The position numbers were made by a program, and so were the translations under genes. Positions 8,649 through 18,158 of a stretch of 39,369 nucleotides of DNA are shown here, piece by piece (position 1 is the stretch's first letter; the number at the start of each line of letters is the position of its first letter). Under the pieces are notes generated by a model. The model made no database searches and had not been told where the DNA came from. It saw only the letters and a list, made by a program, of their open reading frames with translations. This stretch comes from Chlamydiales bacterium (GTDB taxonomy: Bacteria; Chlamydiota; Chlamydiia; Chlamydiales; JBDQID01). Location of the stretch: positions 1 through 39,369 of the forward strand of contig JBLFWS010000008.1 of NCBI GenBank assembly GCA_047611865.1. Direction: 5' to 3'.

Positions 8649-9356
8649 ATGCCCTCTACAAGCAAAGTAAGGTCGTTGTTCATGTCATTTTTACCTCAAC
8701 TTCCGGATATCGCCACCTATTTCATAGGCACTCTTTTTATCCCTGAAGGCGACATACAAGACGGACGAGACTACACAGACTGCAAAACAGCCATCACCTA
8801 CTTACGTAACATAGAACAAGTAAGTGATCGGAAAAATTTGTTTCGTCGAGAAATTCCTAAAATACAGACAAAAATCGGCGAATACAACACTCTAGTACTC
8901 CTCCCTGAATAATCCTACGCAAAATGCCCCATACCCGTTATCAACGCCGATACGATGGGCAACAATCTGAAAACGGAGATACGCATAGCGGATGACAGAA
9001 ATTTTTATGTCATAGAAGCCCGCTTTCCCCTTCAAGATCACCAGCACATTGAGGTAAAGGTACATTCCCATTGGATGGAATTTTATGGCGAATACGATTC
9101 CGTAAAAATCTCCCTTAGCAGAAAAGGCGTGACGACACATTCTTCATGCTCACCAAGTACCCCCAATGATGACGGTAGCTTCACACGAAACAGACGAACA
9201 CCTGAAACCTCTAATGACGAAACATGGATCACACCAAAAAGGATCAATAAAAAATCTTTTGATCTAAGCCATAAGCCTTCTGTTGACGCAACCCATGGAA
9301 AAATCCGCATTTGCGTAAATAAAGTCAAAAAAAAGAGCCTTCAAAAGGTCCGATAA
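8649..9356 (+). pseudogene. Reading frame split by one in-frame TAA (8910-8912), with an Hsp20/alpha-crystallin-like C-terminal part
   Basis: ORFs 8649-8912 and 8955-9356 are in the same frame, and the 14 codons between them are open. DDRNFYVIEARFP..IEVKV..FYGE and HGKIRICVNK resemble alpha-crystallin strands. Confidence 0.5.
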
Positions 9357-9380
9357 ATCTAGTCCCGTGCCCTGTCAAAC

Positions 9381-9800
9381 TTAAGAAGGGCTTCTAGTCT
9401 CAAAGGTGTCCAGACGATGAAGTGCATTGGCTTGCGCAGCTTCTATCAACTCTCTACCTCCGTCCATCCTGTAAATTCTATTTAGCTCTCTTCTTAACAG
9501 GTCACTCGCTTTATTTTCCTTTTTAGGGACATCACCCATAAAAAGATCAGGCCTCTGAATCTGACTCTCTCCAGCTCCTATAATCAGGTTCACTAGTTCT
9601 TCAAAAATCTTCTTCAAACGAGAACTGGCTTTTACAAGATCTTCTCGGGTTTGAATTTTTTCCAGTTCAAAAATCAGGTCACGAGTCAAACCTTCTCCTT
9701 CATCATAATACTCAACAATCGAGTTCGGAGAGCACCCTAGAAGGGAAAAGACAAAAAGTAGAAGTGACAAAATCTTTCGGTAAATCTTTATTTTTTTCAC
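9381..9800 (-). CDS. Putative lipoprotein
   Basis: GTG at 9800 after AGAGGGG gives MKKIKIYRK-ILSLLLFVFS-LLGC: basic N-region, hydrophobic core and lipobox. Confidence 0.75.
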   Translation of the reverse strand: MKKIKIYRKILSLLLFVFSLLGCSPNSIVEYYDEGEGLTRDLIFELEKIQTREDLVKASSRLKKIFEELVNLIIGAGESQIQRPDLFMGDVPKKENKASDLLRRELNRIYRMDGGRELIEAAQANALHRLDTFETRSPS

Positions 9801-9910
9801 GATCTTCCCCTCTCTGTAAAATACAAGAAAATGATAACTAAATGAGAATATTCTAACAAAGGACTTGTGAAAATAAATGCCGCTGGTATATAGTTTTGGC
9901 ATAGTTAAGG

Positions 9911-9982
9911 GGGCGTATAGCTCAGCGGTAGAGCACCTGTCTTACACACAGGCGGTCATAGGTTCAAATCCTTTTGCGCCCA
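9911..9982 (+). tRNA. tRNA-Val(TAC)
   Basis: Acceptor stem GGGCGTA/TGCGCCC, anticodon arm CCTGT-CTTACAC-ACAGG, T-loop GGTTCAAATCC; CCA not encoded. Confidence 0.97.
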
Positions 9983-9998
9983 TAGCTATTTACTCTTT

Positions 9999-10072
9999 GC
10001 GGGAGTAGTTCAATTGGTTAGAGCATCGGCCTGTCACGCCGAAAGTTGCGAGTTCGATTCTCGTCTCCCGCG
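9999..10072 (+). tRNA. tRNA-Asp(GTC)
   Basis: Acceptor stem GCGGGAG/CTCCCGC, anticodon arm TCGGC-CTGTCAC-GCCGA, T-loop GTTCGATTC. Confidence 0.97.
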
Positions 10073-10164
10073 CTCTTTTTTTTTACCCTTTCCATACCTT
10101 TTCCCTGTACAAACATGAGCCTGCTCGCTATTCTCTGTATAGCAAAACGATCGGGATATTCTAT

Positions 10165-11100
10165 ATGGCAGCTCACAACATCAGTTCTTTTAAATCACTT
10201 GGACACGTTATTTCCATTTTTTGTTGGATGGCATTTGGTGCTTTTCTTACAGCTCTCGCATTAGAGGTTTTTTTAATTCCTAATAACATCATTGACGGCG
10301 GTATCGTCGGACTTTCGATGATTTGCGCTCACCTCTTTGGCAATGAGACACTTCCTATTTTCCTTATAGTCTTGAACATCCCTTTTATTATTTTGGCGTA
10401 CAAGCATCTTGGAAAATATTTTGTTATACAAATGCTTTCCTCTATTTTTATGCTTGCCGGTTTCATTGCCTTAATGAAAGGTCTACCAACCTATCAAGGC
10501 GATCCAATAGAAGTTATATTTTCAGGAGGTTGCACTCTAGGAGTCGGTATCGGCTTGATCATCAGAAACGGTGGAGCTCTTGATGGTACCGAGATTATGG
10601 GGATTATCATCAATCGCCGCTTTGGCTTCACTGTCGGTCAGGCCGTTTTATTCTTCAACACCTTTATTTTTACCTTTGCAGGCTTCATTTTCGACAACTG
10701 GCAAACCGCCGTGCAGTCTTTGATGACTTTTGTTGTAGCCATCAAGATCATGGATATTGTCATTGTAGGTCTGGAAGAAACAAAAGCTGCTATCATCATT
10801 TCCAATAAGTCCAAGGCTATTGGAGAAGCCGTCATGCACGAACTAGGTCTTGGCCTCACAGTCTTTTATGGACGCGGTGGTTATTCCGGTGGTGATCAGG
10901 AAATTCTTTACGTCACTGTTGAACGTCTTCAGCTTGCCGAGCTCAAAGAAATAGTTCATCGTGAAGATGCCAAAGCATTTATCGCTATTGAAAACCTCCA
11001 TGAAGTTGTCAATGGCAGATACGAGCCCCGGGCTGTAGAAAGTAAATCAGGAAAAGCAACCTCATTAAATCCATTGAGTCGTTTATGGAACAAGAAGTAG
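10165..11100 (+). CDS. YitT family membrane protein
   Basis: PNNIIDGGIVG, NIP, GGALDGTEI and GRGGYSG motifs, and a C-terminal DAKAFI domain. Confidence 0.92.
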   Translation: MAAHNISSFKSLGHVISIFCWMAFGAFLTALALEVFLIPNNIIDGGIVGLSMICAHLFGNETLPIFLIVLNIPFIILAYKHLGKYFVIQMLSSIFMLAGFIALMKGLPTYQGDPIEVIFSGGCTLGVGIGLIIRNGGALDGTEIMGIIINRRFGFTVGQAVLFFNTFIFTFAGFIFDNWQTAVQSLMTFVVAIKIMDIVIVGLEETKAAIIISNKSKAIGEAVMHELGLGLTVFYGRGGYSGGDQEILYVTVERLQLAELKEIVHREDAKAFIAIENLHEVVNGRYEPRAVESKSGKATSLNPLSRLWNKK

Positions 11101-12731
11101 CCCCGACTTTAGGGTCTTATAGCATATTAAAAGAGTTTTACCAAGATGCCTGGGGTGTCATATATAAAGCTGTCAGAACCCGTGACAAGACACCCATGCT
11201 TTTACGCGTTATTTCTCCAGAGCTTTCCAGTAAAGAAAACTTCATCCTTCGTTTTAAGTTGCTTCAGACGATATTACCTTCTATCAAACACGACAATCTC
11301 GTAAAAATCGACGCTTTGGATTGCGACAACAATATATATTTTATCGCAAAGGAATTACCCGCCCCCGGCTTTCAGGAGCTGAGGACTATGGCTAAATTTG
11401 ACGCTCGAGAAACTGCCAATCGCCAAAACACTCTCTTACTTTTATTTAAAGGTATTGCTGAGGGTCTTGGAGCTTTGGAATCCATGAACAAAAGTTACTA
11501 TAAAAATGGTATCACCCACGACTTCCTTTCACTCGATCAAATTTATATTGCCACTGAAAAATCACTAATTGGTCGACATGGAATCCCCTCCCCCAAGATA
11601 GACGGATATTGCGAGTCATTCTTATTTTTTGGTGAGAATCATGCCGCCACACAGCGTCACCACCTGGCTCCTGCCTTACACAAATGGCAAAACATCGACG
11701 ATGAATATGAAGTCTCAGCAGAGGGCTTCGGACTCTATGAAAAGGAGAGCCTATACCCCCCACAAACACGCCGCGGCCTTTCTTTGGACCATAGCTTTAC
11801 CCAGTATTCTTTTGGAGCTTTAACCTACCATTATTTAACGGGAAAATATCCCCGTGGAGTCTACCCCCCATTAAGGGAAGAGGACCCCACACTGGACCCT
11901 ATTTGGGAAGAGATTATAGACCGCTGTCTATCCGCTCCTCACGGGGAAGGTTTCCCTCAGATGAAGGATATTTCGACTAAGCTGCAAGAAATTACTACTA
12001 AAAGAAACAAGCTTGCCCCTGCTGTACGTAAGCTAGAAGACCTCCCTGTTCCTCTCGGTATGGCCCTGATCTCCCTTACTAACAAGGTCGAGTTAGGCGC
12101 TAGCAACGGAGCCCTTGTAGAGCAACCAAGCTTTAAAGCTCGTGTTAAATCCTTTTTCATGGATATTTCTCCCGTCACCTGCAAACAGTTTTCCGAATTC
12201 CAAGAAAAATATCAAAGCAGCACGTATTCCTCCGGAGACGACCATCCCGCAACCCTCGTTACCTGGCATATGGCTAAAGCCTACTGCCAGTGGAGAAGCT
12301 TACGTGAGGGCTTGGACCCTGATACCTACCGCCTCCCAACAGAATACGAATGGGAAGCCGCAGTAAGAGGATCTACAGGCCTACAATATCCCTGGGGTGA
12401 GGAACTCGACAGTTCGCGCCTGCATTGCTCTTATGATGAATCAAACGGCTCTTTCCCAGTCAAACAACTTCTCCCTGGGCGCTTTGGCTTACACGATATG
12501 CTGGGCAATGTGTGGGAATGGACGGAGTCGCACTTTCTTCCACACCCCTTTTCCAAGCATATGAATAAGAACTACTCTTCTCATTTATTCACAGTGAAAG
12601 GAGGATGCTGGTACACCCCCTATCACTCTTGTCGCGCAAGCTTACGGGCAGCCTTCCGGCCTACTGATCGCCGTGGCAATATCGGATTCCGCTGTGTGCT
12701 ACCCATCGACCTCGAGGAAAAAGAGTCCTGA
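11085..12731 (+). CDS. Pkn1-like Ser/Thr (pseudo)kinase fused to an FGE-sulfatase (SUMF1-like) domain
   Basis: Kinase-fold remnants (LGSYSIL..WGVIYKA, HDNLVKI, YSFGALTYHYLTGKYP, IIDRCL). FGE motifs RLPTEYEWEAAVRG, YPWG, FGLHDMLGNVWEW and GFRCV. Confidence 0.85.
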   Translation: MEQEVAPTLGSYSILKEFYQDAWGVIYKAVRTRDKTPMLLRVISPELSSKENFILRFKLLQTILPSIKHDNLVKIDALDCDNNIYFIAKELPAPGFQELRTMAKFDARETANRQNTLLLLFKGIAEGLGALESMNKSYYKNGITHDFLSLDQIYIATEKSLIGRHGIPSPKIDGYCESFLFFGENHAATQRHHLAPALHKWQNIDDEYEVSAEGFGLYEKESLYPPQTRRGLSLDHSFTQYSFGALTYHYLTGKYPRGVYPPLREEDPTLDPIWEEIIDRCLSAPHGEGFPQMKDISTKLQEITTKRNKLAPAVRKLEDLPVPLGMALISLTNKVELGASNGALVEQPSFKARVKSFFMDISPVTCKQFSEFQEKYQSSTYSSGDDHPATLVTWHMAKAYCQWRSLREGLDPDTYRLPTEYEWEAAVRGSTGLQYPWGEELDSSRLHCSYDESNGSFPVKQLLPGRFGLHDMLGNVWEWTESHFLPHPFSKHMNKNYSSHLFTVKGGCWYTPYHSCRASLRAAFRPTDRRGNIGFRCVLPIDLEEKES

Positions 12732-12733
12732 TA

Positions 12734-13687
12734 ATGACGTCCCAAGAAACCTCTATTTCCCTTGAAGAAATCCGGGCTGAAGCTCTGAGACTCGGCTGGG
12801 ATGATGTTGGTGTGACAGCCGCCAAAATTCCAGAAGAAGATATTGCCGCCTACCAACGTTGGCTGGAGCAAAAAGCTCATGCCGACTTAAAGTATATGGA
12901 AAATCAGGTTCGCTGTAACCCTTCAGAGATGTTAGCATCGGCAAAATCCGCAATTATATTCGTCAGCTACTACCGCCAGGAAAAGCTTCCCTTTAGGAAT
13001 GACTCTGGCTTAGTAGCCTCTTATGCCCGTGGCAGAGATTATCATAACATCCACCGGAAGCGCCTCAAGAAGTTTATTCGTTGGATGGAGGAACGCAGTG
13101 GTCAAAAAGAAATAGCTCGAGGCTTTAGTGACTCAGCTCCAGTTTTGGAAAAAGCTTTAGCTGTACAAGCCGGCCTCGGATGGTTCGGAAAAAACACCCT
13201 TTTAATCCACAGGCGTTTCGGCACTTTTATTTTACTATCTGGATTATTTACAACTTTGGATCTTGAGCACACACGGAGCCACCTGCAATTGCGAATCCCT
13301 CGCTGTGGCTCTTGCCAAAAGTGCATAGATGCCTGCCCTGTGAATGCTTTTAGCTCCCCTTATGTTCTTGATGCCAACAGGTGCTTATCCTACCACTTAA
13401 TAGAGTCCAAAAATCAAATTCCCGAAGACATCAAAAAACAAAACCCAGGTTATGTATTCGGCTGTGACATCTGCCAGGATGTCTGTCCCCACAATCACAG
13501 AAAAGCTCTTTCCACAACAGCGGACTTCTCTTCTGAAAAGGGTATGGGACCCTACCTTTCTAATGACCGTATCCAAGAGTTCAAGGAAAACCCGGAAATT
13601 CTTTACGGCTCTCCTCTCAACAGGAGAGGGGCTGAGGGCTTGGATAAAACTTTCAGCAGCCTGAAAGAACACTCTTGGCAAACATAA
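12734..13687 (+). CDS. queG: tRNA epoxyqueuosine(34) reductase
   Basis: YARGRDYH, DSAPVLEK, AGLGWFGKN, CGSCQKCIDACP and GCDICQDVCP motifs. Confidence 0.95.
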   Translation: MTSQETSISLEEIRAEALRLGWDDVGVTAAKIPEEDIAAYQRWLEQKAHADLKYMENQVRCNPSEMLASAKSAIIFVSYYRQEKLPFRNDSGLVASYARGRDYHNIHRKRLKKFIRWMEERSGQKEIARGFSDSAPVLEKALAVQAGLGWFGKNTLLIHRRFGTFILLSGLFTTLDLEHTRSHLQLRIPRCGSCQKCIDACPVNAFSSPYVLDANRCLSYHLIESKNQIPEDIKKQNPGYVFGCDICQDVCPHNHRKALSTTADFSSEKGMGPYLSNDRIQEFKENPEILYGSPLNRRGAEGLDKTFSSLKEHSWQT

Positions 13688-13850
13688 GCCACAAATACTT
13701 CTGCATCGCTAAAAAAGATCCAAAATCGTGGTATAGCGTTCTCTAAGCACCCTGCACTAATAATAATGGAGACTTCTCTCTTCTTTTCTTTTGGCACTTA
13801 TGATACAAAAGCTTATGAATCTATTAAAAATATTGTTTTCATGAGGACCT

Positions 13851-14552
13851 ATGGACAGAATAACGATGAATCGAAATGGATTAGATAAATCTGGAAAACA
13901 CACGGACACTTTTGACTCCTGGAGAGTTTTTCGCATTATTTCCGAATTTGTAGAGGGCTTTGAAACCATGACAGATATCGGCCCCTCCGCCTCAATCTTT
14001 GGCTCAGCTAGAACTAAGCCCGGATCAGAATATTACGAATTAGCTTGCAATGTTGCAAAAGCAATCGTCGCCAAAAAAATTGCGGTAATTACCGGTGGTG
14101 GCCCAGGTATAATGGAGGCTGCTAACAAAGGAGCGCAAGAAGCAAAGGGTAAATCCTGCGGATTGAGCATTGACCTCCCCTTTGAAAGTGAGTCCAATGC
14201 TTATATCGATAATAAGTTCAACCTGAACTTTCGGTATTTCTTTATCAGAAAAGTAATGTTTGTTCGTTATGCCCAAGCTTTCGTTGTTCTACCGGGAGGT
14301 TTCGGTACGCTTGACGAACTCTTTGAAGCGCTGACCCTCATTCAGACCCAAAAGATTTCCGCTTTCCCTATTTACCTGATGGGTTCAAAATATTGGGAAG
14401 GCTTAATCAATTGGTTGAAGGAAAGCGCCGCAGATGGTGGGACCATTTCCGCCAAAGATTTGGATCTTATCACTATTACAGATGATCCCAATGAAGTAGC
14501 GGATGGCATTGAGCGCCATTTCAAAGAAGTTCATACCACCTATAACTTCTAG
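13851..14552 (+). CDS. LOG family / TIGR00730 Rossmann-fold protein
   Basis: FGSART, TGGGPGIMEAANKGA, FFIRKVMF and PGGFGTLDE motifs. Confidence 0.93.
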   Translation: MDRITMNRNGLDKSGKHTDTFDSWRVFRIISEFVEGFETMTDIGPSASIFGSARTKPGSEYYELACNVAKAIVAKKIAVITGGGPGIMEAANKGAQEAKGKSCGLSIDLPFESESNAYIDNKFNLNFRYFFIRKVMFVRYAQAFVVLPGGFGTLDELFEALTLIQTQKISAFPIYLMGSKYWEGLINWLKESAADGGTISAKDLDLITITDDPNEVADGIERHFKEVHTTYNF

Positions 14553-14574
14553 CTCAAGCTTAGCCAAAGTTTTA

Positions 14575-14623
14575 CAGAGTGGACAGGAAGCTGGTTTTTA
14601 AAACCTCCCATCCGTCCACTCTG
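14575..14623. terminator. Stem-loop between the convergent LOG and accC genes
   Basis: Perfect 10-bp inverted repeat CAGAGTGGAC ... GTCCACTCTG. Confidence 0.5.
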
Positions 14624-14636
14624 ATACAAACTCAGT

Positions 14637-16007
14637 TCAACCGTCTCTTGAGGCTACGAGATCGGCTCCGCGTGACAAAAGACCGTCTATATAGTTCAGG
14701 TCATAGGTGGAGTTCAAAAAATTCTCATCGGAAAGCATTTTAAGATGAAAAGGAATGGTGGAGTGAACCCCTCCGATATGAAACTCTCGTAAAGCTCTTT
14801 TTAACTTAGCGATAGCCTCAGTACGATTCTGCCCCTTAACAATAAGCTTTGCAATCATCGAGTCATAATACGGCGGTATAACGTATCCAGAGTAACACGC
14901 ACTATCAACCCGAACATTCGGTCCGCCCGGAGGCAGGTAATATTCCAAACGTCCAGGGGACGGCATGAAGTCTCTACTTGGATCTTCCGCATTAATACGG
15001 CACTCAATGACATGTCCGGTAAAGCTAATTTCTTCTTGCTTCCATTGTAGCTTTTCACCCTGAGCAATGCGCAGCTGTTCTACAATCAAATCGACACCTG
15101 TGAGCTCCTCGGTAACAGTGTGCTCTACCTGGATACGAGTATTCATTTCCATAAAGTAGTAGTCATTGTTTTTATCTACCAGAAATTCTACAGTTCCCGC
15201 TGAGAAGTAGTCAGCCTTCTGTGCTACACGTATTGCAGCTTGTCCCATTTCTTCTCTGAGCTCAGGTGTAAGGAACGGACAAGGTGCTTCTTCAATGAGC
15301 TTTTGACGACGACGCTGGATACTACAATCACGCTCTCCGAGGTGAATGTAGTTACCATACTTGTCACCGAGAATCTGTACTTCCACATGACGAGGGTCGA
15401 CAACCATTTTCTCAATGTATACGTCAGGATTGTCAAAGCATGATTTGGCTTCAGTACGCGCAGCAACAAATTGCTTAGTTAGCTCTTCTCTACTGTGAGC
15501 AATACGTATTCCCCTTCCGCCACCACCTGCTACGGCTTTGACAAAAACGGGATAACCTTGCCTGTCTCCCTCTACGAGGGCATCTTCAGCAGATCTCACA
15601 ATTCCATCGGACCCCGGAATAACCGGACATCCAGCTTTCCGTGCTGTCGCTTTAGCTTGTGCTTTATCTCCCAATAGGGAGATAGACTCTGGAGAAGGAC
15701 CTATGAAATTAATCCCACAGCTTTCGCATATGGAGGCAAAGTCCGCGTTTTCGGCAAGAAATCCATATCCAGGATGCACCGCATCGGCACCGGTAATTTC
15801 ACAAACCGATAATATGCTGGGTATTCTGAGATAAGATTTTGCTGATGGTGCTTCGCCGATACATATCGCTTCATCGGCATGTAAGACATGCAATGACTCC
15901 GCGTCAGCCTGCGAATATACAGCTACTGTTTGCAACCCGAGATCGTGACAGGCTCTGATGATCCTGACAGCGATTTCTCCCCGATTGGCGACGACAACCT
16001 TGCGCAT
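14637..16007 (-). CDS. accC: Acetyl-CoA carboxylase biotin carboxylase
   Basis: ANRGEIA, HPGYGFLAEN, GGGGRG, ERDCSIQRR and EMNTRIQVEH motifs. Confidence 0.98.
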   Translation of the reverse strand: MRKVVVANRGEIAVRIIRACHDLGLQTVAVYSQADAESLHVLHADEAICIGEAPSAKSYLRIPSILSVCEITGADAVHPGYGFLAENADFASICESCGINFIGPSPESISLLGDKAQAKATARKAGCPVIPGSDGIVRSAEDALVEGDRQGYPVFVKAVAGGGGRGIRIAHSREELTKQFVAARTEAKSCFDNPDVYIEKMVVDPRHVEVQILGDKYGNYIHLGERDCSIQRRRQKLIEEAPCPFLTPELREEMGQAAIRVAQKADYFSAGTVEFLVDKNNDYYFMEMNTRIQVEHTVTEELTGVDLIVEQLRIAQGEKLQWKQEEISFTGHVIECRINAEDPSRDFMPSPGRLEYYLPPGGPNVRVDSACYSGYVIPPYYDSMIAKLIVKGQNRTEAIAKLKRALREFHIGGVHSTIPFHLKMLSDENFLNSTYDLNYIDGLLSRGADLVASRDG

Positions 16008-16014
16008 ACTTAAT

Positions 16015-16527
16015 TTACTCTATACGAAAAATATTGGTTCCAAATTCTACTGGGTGGCTGTTCTCTACCAACAACTCGGCGACAACACCCTTAACACCCG
16101 CTTTGACTTCATTCATTACTTTCATAGCTTCGATGATACACACAACAGTATGCTCTTCTACTCTATCTCCGATCTTCACAAAGGATGGATCCTCTGGGGA
16201 GGGGGAATGATAGAAAGTCCCTACCATTGGGGAGGTAATGAATTTGCTTTCGACTTCCTTGTGGTTTAACTCCGCAGCCTTCCCTGTCTCCCTCTTCAGC
16301 TCACCGGTCTGCATGGCAGACTCTGATGCCGGTAGAGTAGAAATATGAGCGTGGGATGCATTCCCACGATGATGTGAAGGCTGTGATGCAGAGTTTTCCA
16401 CTCTTTCAAACTGATCATCATTAGTACGATCGAGTTGTATCTCAAACTCACCATCTTTAATTTTCAGCTTTCCGATGTCCGAGCGCCCCATAGCACTCAT
16501 CAATTCTTTGATTTGCTTTAGATCCAC
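16015..16527 (-). CDS. accB: Biotin carboxyl carrier protein
   Basis: SPMVGTFY and the biotinylation motif EAMKVMNE; GTG start. Confidence 0.97.
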   Translation of the reverse strand: MDLKQIKELMSAMGRSDIGKLKIKDGEFEIQLDRTNDDQFERVENSASQPSHHRGNASHAHISTLPASESAMQTGELKRETGKAAELNHKEVESKFITSPMVGTFYHSPSPEDPSFVKIGDRVEEHTVVCIIEAMKVMNEVKAGVKGVVAELLVENSHPVEFGTNIFRIE

Positions 16528-16551
16528 AGTAGCACATCTCCTTTCTCTGTC

Positions 16552-17109
16552 TTATACCCGCTGAATGTAGTCATTCGTTTTGGTATCCACCTTGATGATA
16601 TCTCCGATTTCAATAAAGGGCGGAACGCCAATTTTTGCACCAGTTTCCAATACGGCAACTTTGGTAGCATCAGAAACGGGGACGTCGTCTTTGTTGTCTT
16701 CTGTGCTGACAACCATGATTTCGAGAAATTGCGGAAGCTCTATGGAGAAAATGGTCTCCCCATAAAATGACGCTTTGACCTCGACACCTTCTTTAAGAAA
16801 CTCTGATTTTATACCGATAATATCTGGAGAAACTTCAATGTGTTCAAGTTTTCCGATATCCAGAAAAAGGTAGTTTTTTCCCTCGAGGTACAAAAATTCG
16901 AGCTGTCTTTCTTGAAGGGAGACACCTTTTATTACCTGGTCCGTCTTAAAATTTTTCTCAATAATTTCATTCGTAACCAGATTCTGCAGTTTTGTCTTAA
17001 TGAAAGGGGTGCCTTTTGCAACCGTTACTTTCACACTGGATTCCACTCTGAAGAGCTTCCCAGCAAGGGAAATGGTCATCCCTGGGGTAATTTGATTACT
17101 TGTTGTCAT
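16552..17109 (-). CDS. efp: Elongation factor P (divergent chlamydial paralogue)
   Basis: EF-P motifs KG.PFIKTKL, KVAVLETG, VPPFIEIGD and YIQRV; efp-accB-accC synteny. Confidence 0.92.
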   Translation of the reverse strand: MTTSNQITPGMTISLAGKLFRVESSVKVTVAKGTPFIKTKLQNLVTNEIIEKNFKTDQVIKGVSLQERQLEFLYLEGKNYLFLDIGKLEHIEVSPDIIGIKSEFLKEGVEVKASFYGETIFSIELPQFLEIMVVSTEDNKDDVPVSDATKVAVLETGAKIGVPPFIEIGDIIKVDTKTNDYIQRV

Positions 17110-17165
17110 AATATCTCGTGATTAAGTAAAGCAACTATGAAAAATATCTAAGAGAACAAAAAAAA

Positions 17166-17909
17166 TCAAGGTGTATCGAGCAGACGACTCGCCTCTCTCA
17201 ACTCTTGTATTGCCTTTGTTAGGTCTGGAGCTCCAAAGAGGTGTGATCCTGATACAAGGATATTAGCTCCTGCATCGACACACTGTCTTGCCGTTTCGAG
17301 GTTAATACCTCCGTCAACTTGAATATCAAATGGCGGAAGGGTGTCTTTCTGAGACTCCGGCACCATGACACCACCCTTTCTTAGGCATATTTTGTCACAG
17401 GTATCTCTAAGAAAACGAATCTTTTCCAAGACCTCAGGCATAAACTCTTGTCCACAGAATCCAGGCTTGACGGTCATAAGTAGGACCATATCACACTTGT
17501 CCAGATATCTGGTGATAAGCGTAGGGCTCGTTTCCGGATTAAATGCCAAACCAGCCTCGATACCACAACTGCGGATAAACTTAAGAGATTCTTCTACATC
17601 TTCAGTAGCTTCGAAGTGAAAAGTAATTCTATCGGCACCAGCTTCCACAAATTTTTGCACATAATCGTAGGGGTTGTAGACCATTATGTGTACATCGAGG
17701 AAAAGGTCGGTAGATCTGTTGATAGCTGCCACGGCTTGTGGTCCAAGAGTCAAATTTGGCGCAAAGTTCCCGTCCATGATATCGATGTGCAGGGAATCGG
17801 CTCCGGCATCTTCTACGCGCTTGGCTTCTTCTCCAAGTCGGGTAAAGTCTGCTGCCAATATTGATGGTGATATTTTGATGGATGCTTTACTCATGATTTT
17901 ATTGGCCAT
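17166..17909 (-). CDS. rpe: Ribulose-phosphate 3-epimerase
   Basis: SPSILAADF, HIDIMDG, DVHIM, MTVKPGF.GQ and VDGGIN motifs. Confidence 0.97.
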   Translation of the reverse strand: MANKIMSKASIKISPSILAADFTRLGEEAKRVEDAGADSLHIDIMDGNFAPNLTLGPQAVAAINRSTDLFLDVHIMVYNPYDYVQKFVEAGADRITFHFEATEDVEESLKFIRSCGIEAGLAFNPETSPTLITRYLDKCDMVLLMTVKPGFCGQEFMPEVLEKIRFLRDTCDKICLRKGGVMVPESQKDTLPPFDIQVDGGINLETARQCVDAGANILVSGSHLFGAPDLTKAIQELREASRLLDTP

Positions 17910-18158
17910 AAATCAAGCCTGTCTTTACAAGCTGCGGCCATCTCCTTTTATTTAGTGATCATCTTAAATTCAAAGAATTAGATTAGGTGTAACACCGAAA
18001 CCTAAAGGTAAATTAATACCCTGTAGAGGGGCAAAAGTCAAGGTTATTATAGATGTAAAGAACTTGATATACGACCATTCAAACAAAACAATTAAAGCAT
18101 TCTACAAAAAAAACGATATTAACTCTATTATATCAAATCATGGAAGGGAGAGAAATCT

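Noticed and set aside
9801..9902. Longer start for the lipoprotein ORF
   Set aside because: It runs into the tRNA upstream region; GTG at 9800 gives a proper signal peptide and RBS.
9911..10165. Integrative element at the tRNA-Val/Asp pair
   Set aside because: No integrase is present, I noticed no duplicated tRNA 3' end, and the flanks look like core genes.
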